Part shown: positions 8,209-15,644 of the stretch, piece by piece | Position numbering within the stretch: the stretch's first letter is position 1 | How the letters are laid out: each line of letters opens with the position of its first letter | NCBI GenBank assembly: GCA_027031765.1 | Contig: JALVPN010000025.1 | Coordinates: 1,982 to 19,793 of the forward strand | DNA from: Promethearchaeota archaeon | GTDB lineage: Archaea > Asgardarchaeota > Thorarchaeia > Thorarchaeales > Thorarchaeaceae | Reading direction: 5' to 3' | Length of the DNA: 17,812 bases | Notes under the pieces: generated by a model | What the model saw: only the letters and a program-made list of their open reading frames with translations | Told to the model about the DNA's origin: nothing | Database searches by the model: none | Program-made: the position numbers and the translations under genes

Positions 8209-9393
8209 CTATACGAACTGGACATCGTCGAGGCCGCTGGTGAGCCTCTCTGCACGCCTCCCGCTTACCACATAGTCGTTCTCAATCCTGACACCGCCGA
8301 CCTGACGCAGGTAGACCCCCGGCTCCACAGCCAGGACATGACCACGCTCCAGGCGGTCCGAGTACCTGTAGAAGGTCGGGAGCTCGTGGACGAACAGGCC
8401 GATGCCGTGGCCCAGGCTGTGGGTCATGCCCTCCTCGGCACGCGGGTTCAGGCGTGTTGAGTCGAAACCGTATCGTCTGAGGGTGTCATAGCAGGCCATA
8501 TTGACCTCATCCATAAGTGCGCCCTCGGAGAGTGCGTCGGCAGCGGCACTGTGTGCCTCACTGACCGCATCGAACATCCTGCGGAGCTCAGGGGGGACAC
8601 TACCACGGACAACAGTCCGTGTGACATCAGCCACGTATCGTTCCAGCTTCAGGCGCGGGAACACATCTATTATGATGGGCACCTCTGCGTGGAGTCTGTC
8701 ATCAGGCGAGCCGAGGTAGTGCCAGTCGAAGCCGAGGCGGCCGACAGCAACTATTGTGTCCTCTGCGGTCTCGGCACGGCGGTCGAGCAGGAAGTGGTCG
8801 AGGGCACTCTTGATGTCACCAACAGTGAGTGGCTGGCCGTCGCGCAGCAGGACCTTGTTGGGGCCGACGGTCGTCTCGGCAATCAGGTCGATGACATGCT
8901 GGACCGCCCCGATGGTCGCCCTGCCCGCCTTCCGGATCATCTCGACCTCGCGCGGTGACTTTGTGGCGCGGGCCTCTGTGAGCAGGTAGGGCACCACCTT
9001 GACCTTATAGCCGAGGTCCTGGAGCGCAACAAGGATGTGGGCCGGCAGGTGCGTGGGGACACCTATCACATCACCTGAGAAGAGCTCTTTCAGCACACTA
9101 CCAAAGACGGCAGCAGGGTCGTCCATCAGGCGTTTGTTCTCGGCTATCAGCTGCAGCATTATCTCGCTGGTGTCAAAGGTCCTGCGGACAGTGCTCTCTT
9201 TTCGGACCCTCTCAAGAGTGTTGAAGCCCGCTGCCACGACCGTGTCCTCGCCACGGTTGCGCAGGACTATGACCTCGTCGCTTGAACGGAAGCCCGTGAG
9301 CCAGAACACGTCAGGTGTCGTAAAGGCGTTCCCGTACATGAGGACAGCGTCAATGCCCGCCTCCTCCATGAGCCTGTCCAGGTCTTCAATCAC
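8209..9393 (-). CDS. M24B metallopeptidase (Xaa-Pro aminopeptidase/prolidase family), about 394 aa
   Basis: Metal ligands D (IIDVFP), D (YVADVTRT), H (HSLGHGIG), E (AVEPG), E (VRIEND), with an N-terminal creatinase-N-like domain. Start chosen at GTG 9393 (GGTGGA upstream, TATA-like element at 9442-9435) rather than 9483. Confidence 0.9.
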   Translation of the reverse strand: MIEDLDRLMEEAGIDAVLMYGNAFTTPDVFWLTGFRSSDEVIVLRNRGEDTVVAAGFNTLERVRKESTVRRTFDTSEIMLQLIAENKRLMDDPAAVFGSVLKELFSGDVIGVPTHLPAHILVALQDLGYKVKVVPYLLTEARATKSPREVEMIRKAGRATIGAVQHVIDLIAETTVGPNKVLLRDGQPLTVGDIKSALDHFLLDRRAETAEDTIVAVGRLGFDWHYLGSPDDRLHAEVPIIIDVFPRLKLERYVADVTRTVVRGSVPPELRRMFDAVSEAHSAAADALSEGALMDEVNMACYDTLRRYGFDSTRLNPRAEEGMTHSLGHGIGLFVHELPTFYRYSDRLERGHVLAVEPGVYLRQVGGVRIENDYVVSGRRAERLTSGLDDVQFV

Positions 9394-9434
9394 AGTGTCC
9401 ACCACAGCAGGTTGCGGCCACCCAGACCGGGGGG

Positions 9435-9449
9435 TATCAAAAGTGTTTC
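9435..9449 (-). promoter_or_regulatory. Candidate BRE/TATA for the M24 peptidase gene
   Basis: Minus strand GAAAC-AC-TTTTGATA about 42 nt upstream of GTG 9393. Confidence 0.4.
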
Positions 9450-9525
9450 TCTCGGGGCCTGAAAAGGCCACATACAGCATCACCCCATAGGACGAAACCT
9501 TCTCCCAGTCGGCCCTGACGGGCAG

Positions 9526-10413
9526 TCACAGGTAGGGGGCCATGCGTTGCTCGACATCATCACGTGATGGCACCACATACGGGCCGACCGTTTCAAGGTT
9601 GAAGGAGGCACAGGTCGCGCCGAAGAGGGCGGCCCGCCAGAGGTCATGGGTCATGGAGTACTCGACCAGCAGGCCGACCATATAGGTATCACCGCAGCCT
9701 GTGGCATCGACCACACGACGTGGGGGCACTGCCGGGATGTCCAGCCTCTCGTCGGCAGTGAACAGAGTGGAGCCCCTACGCTCTCTTGTCACGACAATGA
9801 TAGAGGGGCCAAGAGAGAGCAGGTACTCGACAGCTCCCGACTCGGAGCCACAGCCGGTGGAGAGCAGCAGTTCGTCCTCGTCAGCCTTCACCACGTCGAC
9901 GAGCGGCAGGTACTCCTCACGGTGCGGCCATTGGCCGTACACCACAGACCTGCCGTGGGCCGTACGGACGAAGCCCTGCACATCAAGGGAAACGAGGGCT
10001 CCGGAGCGACGCGCGCGTCTCAGACATGTGACACTGACCTCGTGGGCAGTGATGGGACAGAAGTGGACGCAGCTGGCGGAGAGGTGTCTGTCGGTCAGGT
10101 CTGTGGGGCGGACTGGGGGCGCCACTGCTTCGAGGCGCTGTAATCTCCTGCCAGAGGCATCGTACTCGTTCACGAAACGGGTGGTGTGGGGGCCCTCTAT
10201 GGTCATGCCACTGAGGTCGAGGCCGGAGGAACGCAGGGCGCGGGTGTACTCCTCCTCGAAGTCCAAGCCGACCTTGGTGACCACGGCCGTACCGGAGGTA
10301 CCGACCGCAGGGCCGAGCATGGCATAGGCGGGCCCGCCGCCGAGGACCTCGCGACGGAAGGTGGGTGTGATGACGAGGTCACGGCTCAGGTGTCCTACGA
10401 CGGTCAGGTCCAT
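9526..10413 (-). CDS. PfkB/ribokinase-family carbohydrate or nucleoside kinase, 295 aa
   Basis: N-terminal VVGHLSRD, LGGGPAY, VKADEDE, and the C-terminal anion-hole signature VDATGCGDTY. Confidence 0.92.
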   Translation of the reverse strand: MDLTVVGHLSRDLVITPTFRREVLGGGPAYAMLGPAVGTSGTAVVTKVGLDFEEEYTRALRSSGLDLSGMTIEGPHTTRFVNEYDASGRRLQRLEAVAPPVRPTDLTDRHLSASCVHFCPITAHEVSVTCLRRARRSGALVSLDVQGFVRTAHGRSVVYGQWPHREEYLPLVDVVKADEDELLLSTGCGSESGAVEYLLSLGPSIIVVTRERRGSTLFTADERLDIPAVPPRRVVDATGCGDTYMVGLLVEYSMTHDLWRAALFGATCASFNLETVGPYVVPSRDDVEQRMAPYL

Positions 10414-10455
10414 GGTAGTGCCCCGGTGTGGTGCAGGTGGGAGTACGGGGCGCTA

Positions 10456-10473
10456 CCAAGCGTTTTAATATCT
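10456..10473. promoter_or_regulatory. TATA island between the divergent pfkB-like and moaD genes, possibly bidirectional
   Basis: Plus strand CCAAG-CG-TTTTAATA; minus strand GAGATATTAAAACG. It is the only AT tract in the 92-bp gap. Confidence 0.55.
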
Positions 10474-10505
10474 CGGTCAGCAATGGGATGGGAGGTGACC
10501 GTCTG

Positions 10506-10787
10506 TTGGCCCGTGTCAGAGTCAAGTTCTTTGCCTCCGTGAGGGAGGCTGTCGGTGAGAAGAGCACCGAAGTCGACGCCCATGACATAAGGGGCCTGCT
10601 CCAGTCGCTCCGGGAGCGCTATGGTGACAGGTTCGCCGACAACGTCCTCGACCCCGAGACCGGCGAGCTCAGGCGGTTCTACTCGTGCATGGTGAACGGG
10701 AAACGCATCGAGCTGCTGGACGGGTACAACACGACACTGGAGGACGACGACGTGGTCGCACTGTTCCCACCGGTCGGTGGGGGCTAG
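10506..10787 (+). CDS. moaD: MoaD/ThiS/SAMP-family ubiquitin-like sulfur carrier, 93 aa
   Basis: MARVRVKFFASVRE...MVNG...DDDVVALFPPVGGG with C-terminal Gly-Gly. TTG start 7 nt after GGAGGTGA (10491-10498). Confidence 0.93.
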   Translation: MARVRVKFFASVREAVGEKSTEVDAHDIRGLLQSLRERYGDRFADNVLDPETGELRRFYSCMVNGKRIELLDGYNTTLEDDDVVALFPPVGGG

Positions 10788-10823
10788 ACTGCAGGCCGCA
10801 CGCAGGCAGAGGAGGACTGTACT

Positions 10824-12212
10824 ATGAAGGGGCATGTCGACCTGGTGGTCAGGGATGCAAGGCTCCTGCTCGAGTCGGGACTGGTACGGGGGGGCGTTGC
10901 CGTCATGGACGGGAGGATATGCGCGGTCGCCACAGACGAGCACCTGCCGCCGGCGGACACCACCGTTGATGGACGCGGACGCATCCTGATGCCGGGCCTG
11001 ATTGACGCACACGCACACATCCACGACCCCGCAGCCCTTGACCACGAAGACTTCACCACCGGCTCAAGGGCGGCCGCTGCCGGCGGGGTGACCACGGTAA
11101 TAGACATGCCACTGACAAGCCAGCTCGACACTGTTGAGGCCCTCGAACAGCGCGTCAGGACAGGCGAGGAGATGTCCATTGTAGACTTTGGGCTCTACGC
11201 CGGGATGATGAGGCACGACAACGTGGCCATCATACCGCAGATGCTCGGACACGGAGTGGGCGGCTTCAAGGCGTTCACGTGCGAGCCGTACCGGGTAGAC
11301 TCGGGGGTCATCATGCGCCTGCTGAGTGAGGTCTCTGAGCACGGCGGACACCTCACTGTCCACGCTGAGGACCAGGGCGTGCTCGATGAGTTCGGTAGGG
11401 ACATGGACGGCGAGTGGGACGCACCGGTGAGCCATGCCCTCTCAAGGCCCGAGATAGCAGAACAGCTGGCAGTGCACGGGGTCATTGCCATTGCGAGGGC
11501 CACGGGCGGTCATGTCCACATAGCCCACGTGACCACACGTGGTGGCCTCCGCGAGGTGGAGCTGGGGCGGCTGCATGGGGTCAGGGTGACGACCGAGGTC
11601 TGTCCGCACCACCTTGTGTTCGACCGTGACCAGATGAACCGTTTCGGGCCGGTCAGCAAGATGACCCCACCGCTGAGGTCCAGGGAGGACAGGGCAGCGC
11701 TGTGGTCGGGCCTCCTCATGGGCTCGGTCAACATTGTAGTGAGCGACCACGCACCCTGCCCCCCTGACGAGAAGGAGGCCGGTCGGGACGACATCCGGGA
11801 GGCGTGGGCCGGTGTTGACGGTGTCCAGATGATACTGCGCGTCCTGCTGTCAGAGGGCATCAACAGGGGACGGTTGTCATTTGGGAGGCTGCTGCGTGCC
11901 ACTACACGTGACCCGGCCCGGCTCTTTGGCCTGTACCCGAAGAAGGGTGCCATCCGTGTCGGTGCAGATGCAGACCTTGTGCTCGTCGACCCCACGCTGG
12001 AACAGAAGGTCACGGCGGACATGATGTTCTCCAAGTGTGGCTGGACACTGTACGAGGGGCTGGTGATGAAGGGGGCGCCCGTGATGACATTTGTCCGTGG
12101 AGTCCCTGTCTTCGAGGACGACCGTACGACCGTAGCCCCAGGACACGGGCGCTTCCAGCCTGCGGGGTCGGGACTGACACGCGCCATGGGCCAGCCGGAT
12201 GTCCACCCGTGA
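10824..12212 (+). CDS. Cyclic amidohydrolase (allantoinase/hydantoinase/dihydroorotase family), 462 aa
   Basis: PGLIDAHAH, AAAGGVTTVIDMP, carbamylated-Lys strand GFKAF, HAED, HIAH, EVCPHHL, PPLR, SDHAP, GAIRVGADADLV; GAGGAGG upstream of the ATG. Confidence 0.93.
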   Translation: MKGHVDLVVRDARLLLESGLVRGGVAVMDGRICAVATDEHLPPADTTVDGRGRILMPGLIDAHAHIHDPAALDHEDFTTGSRAAAAGGVTTVIDMPLTSQLDTVEALEQRVRTGEEMSIVDFGLYAGMMRHDNVAIIPQMLGHGVGGFKAFTCEPYRVDSGVIMRLLSEVSEHGGHLTVHAEDQGVLDEFGRDMDGEWDAPVSHALSRPEIAEQLAVHGVIAIARATGGHVHIAHVTTRGGLREVELGRLHGVRVTTEVCPHHLVFDRDQMNRFGPVSKMTPPLRSREDRAALWSGLLMGSVNIVVSDHAPCPPDEKEAGRDDIREAWAGVDGVQMILRVLLSEGINRGRLSFGRLLRATTRDPARLFGLYPKKGAIRVGADADLVLVDPTLEQKVTADMMFSKCGWTLYEGLVMKGAPVMTFVRGVPVFEDDRTTVAPGHGRFQPAGSGLTRAMGQPDVHP

Positions 12213-12226
12213 GACCGTGGCCAAAT

Positions 12227-12251
12227 GTCTAGTCCAGTCTGGTCTGGTCTA
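12227..12251. repeat. Degenerate pentanucleotide tandem repeat (GTCYR)x5
   Basis: GTCTA GTCCA GTCTG GTCTG GTCTA, 14 nt after the amidohydrolase stop. Confidence 0.7.
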
Positions 12252-12366
12252 CGCCGGCAGTAGGACAGGGGTACAGTGGCAGCCGGTGTCCAACAGAGGG
12301 GGCGGTGGCCGGCCCGCACACAGGCATAGGCCATTGCGGGCCCCCGTAGGGGACGTACAGGGGCCC

Positions 12367-14013
12367 CTAGACCGCAATCGGCTCGACCGTGATGCCCAGT
12401 GACCGGAGCCTTGTGGCCTCGTCGATGGGCTGACCAGTGTCAGGGTCGATTGCACGGCATGCGCCATCTATCATCCGTGTCCTGAGCTCACCGCGGGCAA
12501 CAGGGTTGTCACGCAAGTGCGGTGCATCGAGCACACCGGTCTCCACAGCACGGACGTAGGTGCGTGGGTCGGTCAGTGGGTCACGGGCGTCCTCTGGTGC
12601 GAGCGACGCGATTGCCCTGATGAGGACGCGTGCCTCCCGGACGAGCTCGTCCTTCCGCGCCCTGACAACCGGGTCGTGCAACGGGTCAGGCAGTCCCTGC
12701 AGGCAGTCATGGATCACACGGCGGGCAATCCGGCAGCTCTCGATGACCTCCTCGGCCGTGGCAGCATGGTCGGCTTCACAGAAGCCCACCACATGGACTA
12801 TGTGTGGTCGGAGCATCATGCCCGTGTGGACCGAGGCGGCGAGCTGGCCCTTGCCCATGTCAAGGTCTGGCGGGTACGAGAACAGGCCCGGCCGGATCTG
12901 GCGCACCGATGTGAAGGTGTGGTCGTGGAGGGACTCCACAAGCTCGATCTTGGCCAGCATCTTTGCCAGGTCCATCTGGGGTGAGGTGCCCAGAGGTGTA
13001 TTGAGCATGTACTGGGCCACGTAGTGCCTGACGCCAGCGGCCTTTGCATTGTATGCTGAGAGGTATGCCATTGCCACTGCAATGGTGTCATGGGCGCTCC
13101 GCAGGCTCCAGTGGTGCGGCTCGTTGAACTCCACGGGGATGCCGTGACGTGCGTGCCAGCGGTGGTTCTCCTGGTTCTCAGTGATGGCGTCGAGGAGTGG
13201 ACGGTCGCTGCGGCCGTCGAGGACGCTGTACCACATCAGTGGCGTTGCACACCACGCATTGTTGATGGTCTCCTTGAGCATCCTGGCCCACTTCAGCAGG
13301 TCCCGGGTGCCACTGTAGCACCTGAGGAGCGGGTAGTTTCCACGTCGTGACACCTCGTAGATGCGCCTCAGGTCTTCAGGGCTCCGTATGGGCACGCCGC
13401 CGTCGCCCTCGAGGTAGGGCCTCATCTCGTCAGGCCTGAAGAACGACGCCTGGGCGTTCTGGTCGGGGCCGAGGGAGATCACATCGAGGACTCCGCTCTC
13501 AGCAATCTTCGCCACACCCTCGACCGTTTCCTCAAGGGACGGCAGGCCGAAGTGGTGGCGCAGGACGGGCACGGGGCTCTTGACGACAATCCGGGTCATG
13601 AGGTCCTGCGGGTTGCGCTCTTCAGCAGGCATCGATGTCCTGCCACGCAGGTAGTCGACCACATCCTCGCGTGTCGAGAAGCCGGTGAATATCTGTTCGA
13701 ACAGCCCGGTCTTCTCGGCGACTGGTCTTATGGGGGCCGTGCAGCCCAGCACCCAGCGCTTGTGTTGTAGGCCCGCCTCTTCCACAGCGCTCTTGAGCTC
13801 TCTTAGCAGGCGCTCCGCACTCTCGACCGTCAGCCGATAGCTCACACCCACAACATCGGGGTCGTGTTCCTTGACCGCCTCGATGAGCCTCTCGATGGGT
13901 GTTGCTGGGCCCAGGAATATGGTCTCATGACCCTCCTGTTCCGCGAGGTCGAGGAACCCCAGCACTCCAGCGACATGCACACAGTTCCCGATTGCTGCAC
14001 CCAGGTACTTCAT
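12367..14013 (-). CDS. Cobalamin-dependent protein: N-terminal B12-binding domain fused to a glutamate-mutase-epsilon-like TIM barrel, 548 aa; substrate unknown
   Basis: N-terminus LGAAIGNCVHVAG...DVVGVSYRL...EAGL..WVLG has the base-off/His-on B12 pattern. The rest matches GlmE blocks by eye (RAVETGVLDAP vs KAFETGVMDIP; VHVVGFCEA vs VIVKTPHEA; YSGTRD vs RHGTPD). B12 binding is well supported; the mutase call is inference. Confidence 0.8.
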   Translation of the reverse strand: MKYLGAAIGNCVHVAGVLGFLDLAEQEGHETIFLGPATPIERLIEAVKEHDPDVVGVSYRLTVESAERLLRELKSAVEEAGLQHKRWVLGCTAPIRPVAEKTGLFEQIFTGFSTREDVVDYLRGRTSMPAEERNPQDLMTRIVVKSPVPVLRHHFGLPSLEETVEGVAKIAESGVLDVISLGPDQNAQASFFRPDEMRPYLEGDGGVPIRSPEDLRRIYEVSRRGNYPLLRCYSGTRDLLKWARMLKETINNAWCATPLMWYSVLDGRSDRPLLDAITENQENHRWHARHGIPVEFNEPHHWSLRSAHDTIAVAMAYLSAYNAKAAGVRHYVAQYMLNTPLGTSPQMDLAKMLAKIELVESLHDHTFTSVRQIRPGLFSYPPDLDMGKGQLAASVHTGMMLRPHIVHVVGFCEADHAATAEEVIESCRIARRVIHDCLQGLPDPLHDPVVRARKDELVREARVLIRAIASLAPEDARDPLTDPRTYVRAVETGVLDAPHLRDNPVARGELRTRMIDGACRAIDPDTGQPIDEATRLRSLGITVEPIAV

Positions 14014-15194
14014 GTCATGTCCACCTCCAGGTCGAAGGGCTCCCAGACTTCTGGCAACAGCACCTCCTCCTCCAGACGCATACCTGTCTGTACATATTCC
14101 ATCACGGCCTCCGGGGACATGCCGTGCAGGCCCATGCGTTCCAGTGTCCTGCCACTCATCCAGAAGGAGCGCTCGTACAGGTGGCAGGCCAAGTTCACCA
14201 CTGCTCTGATTGTCGGGGTGTCCACACCCACCAGCCTACCGAGATATGCGATTGGGACCAGGCCGGTGGGCACATCCTCAAGGACATAACGGTGTTCAAG
14301 AGACGACGGGCTGCCGATGTTGTTATAGACATCAGTGCTGCGGATGCACTCGTAGAGCGTTTTCCCACGGGCGTTGTAGGCCTCTCTGAACCAGTCTAGG
14401 AGCGAGGTCGCATGTACACCAAAGGCACGGGCCACCTCAACACGCTCTGCGTCCATCCGTTCGATGAGACGCCCCACAGTGGGGGATATCGCGTCATGGT
14501 AGTGGTTATACCCACCACCCCATGATTCCAGGAGACCAGCGTTCAGTATTGTCGGCGCAGGGTGTAGCATCGCACCCATGTTGTCTAGGCCGGTTTCCAT
14601 GACATCGTCTGCCGCACACAGTTTCAGTGGGACACCATCGAGCCGCCTGAGCATCTCGCGGGTGTCTGTTGCAGGGACAGCGCTGACACGTACCCTGCGC
14701 TTGACCTTTGACACACGCACTGAGTGGGGGCCTGTCGTCCGGGACACGAAGCAGTACGTCTGGGCCTCACCGACAATGACATCGTCAGGCGCCCTGTGAC
14801 GCGCGAGCACCTCTACGAACTCGAGTGCACCGCCGGTCCGGCCCGGCATCAGCAGCACCACCTGTCCGGGCTGGAGGTGCGGTGCGACCACGCGCGCCAT
14901 GAACGGGTGTCCCGTGGCGGGGACGGCCACGATGATGATGTCGCGACCCGCAATCGCCTCCTGTAGGTCGCCGGTGACCACTGAGAGCCTCGCATGGCCG
15001 TTGATGACACCCTCCACATCGAGGCCCCCATGTCTCGCGATGTCCCTGATGTTGTTGAACGTACGGTTGTAGAGCGACACATCAAGGCCCTGCAGTGCCA
15101 AGTAGCCTGCAAGTCCACGACCAGCATGACCACCACCGAGTACTGCCACCTTGCAGTCGCCGGTCTGTACTCTACGTCTACCCAGTCCGAACAC
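14010..15194 (-). CDS. NAD(P)-dependent opine (octopine/nopaline) dehydrogenase family protein, about 394 aa
   Basis: Rossmann motif VAVLGGGHAG, YNRT, PGRTGGALE, NMGAMLHPAPTILNAG, DAERVEVA, HRYVLEDVPTGLVP. Start set at GTG 15194, 9 nt after AGGAGGT. Its stop overlaps the B12 gene start (ATGA). Confidence 0.92.
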   Translation of the reverse strand: MFGLGRRRVQTGDCKVAVLGGGHAGRGLAGYLALQGLDVSLYNRTFNNIRDIARHGGLDVEGVINGHARLSVVTGDLQEAIAGRDIIIVAVPATGHPFMARVVAPHLQPGQVVLLMPGRTGGALEFVEVLARHRAPDDVIVGEAQTYCFVSRTTGPHSVRVSKVKRRVRVSAVPATDTREMLRRLDGVPLKLCAADDVMETGLDNMGAMLHPAPTILNAGLLESWGGGYNHYHDAISPTVGRLIERMDAERVEVARAFGVHATSLLDWFREAYNARGKTLYECIRSTDVYNNIGSPSSLEHRYVLEDVPTGLVPIAYLGRLVGVDTPTIRAVVNLACHLYERSFWMSGRTLERMGLHGMSPEAVMEYVQTGMRLEEEVLLPEVWEPFDLEVDMT

Positions 15195-15258
15195 GCTGTA
15201 GATACCTCCTCTCTGACTGTCCAAGACGTAGCCCCCGCCTGTGGCCACATGGTAGTCC

Positions 15259-15273
15259 ACATATAGAGTACTG
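15259..15273 (-). promoter_or_regulatory. Weak candidate TATA for the opine dehydrogenase-B12 protein operon
   Basis: Minus strand CAGTACT-CTATATGT about 65 nt upstream of GTG 15194. Confidence 0.3.
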
Positions 15274-15571
15274 GTCACACTCAACCGGGGGCCAGTGGAC
15301 GTAGGTTCGTTGCTCGCCAATGCCACGCCATCACACAGGGGCGTGGTGGACTGTCTGTGCTACTCTCTCTTGCTCGCTTGCGACACTCATACTACATTCT
15401 CGTGCTGTCCTTATGAGTATTGCGAAGGGCTTGCTGGGGCACATTGGGCAGGCCTGGACAAGGACAACACCACCCGGTAGAGGTGTGATGTGGCGTCCAA
15501 CACTGGAGGACACCACGCAGCCCCACCGCTGACCAAGGGCACAGACCCTGGCAGGACAGTCCTCCGGAGCC

Positions 15572-15586
15572 ACAAGCTTCTATAGG
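15572..15586 (+). promoter_or_regulatory. Candidate BRE/TATA of the AOR-2 operon
   Basis: ACAAG-CT-TCTATAGG, same spacing as the AOR-1 promoter. Confidence 0.45.
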
Positions 15587-15644
15587 GAGGGTGCCCAGAG
15601 GGCTGGGTCTACCTACAGTGACCCACAGAGTGGATGAGCACGAG

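Noticed and set aside
8066-8275. 69-aa ORF overlapping the PreA-like stop (GTGA)
   Set aside because: No motif, it overlaps the convergent M24 gene end, and such overlaps arise by chance. The short inverted repeats in this gap (AGCAGGCC 8109-8116 / GGCCTGCT 8164-8171) are expected at this GC content.
8209-9393. M24 protein as a repurposed ureidopropionase or creatinase-like enzyme of the cluster
   Set aside because: All five metal ligands and the substrate histidines (WHY, HSLGH, VHE) are those of an ordinary Xaa-Pro peptidase, so nothing in the sequence supports a new function.
12367-14013. Methionine synthase or corrinoid methyltransferase call for the B12 protein
   Set aside because: There is no four-helix cap domain before the B12 domain and no pterin- or homocysteine-binding motif, and the C-terminal region follows the glutamate mutase epsilon pattern.
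15195-15326. 44-aa N-terminal extension of the opine dehydrogenase
   Set aside because: It spans the TATA candidate and the AGGAGGT RBS; GTG 15194 fits better.
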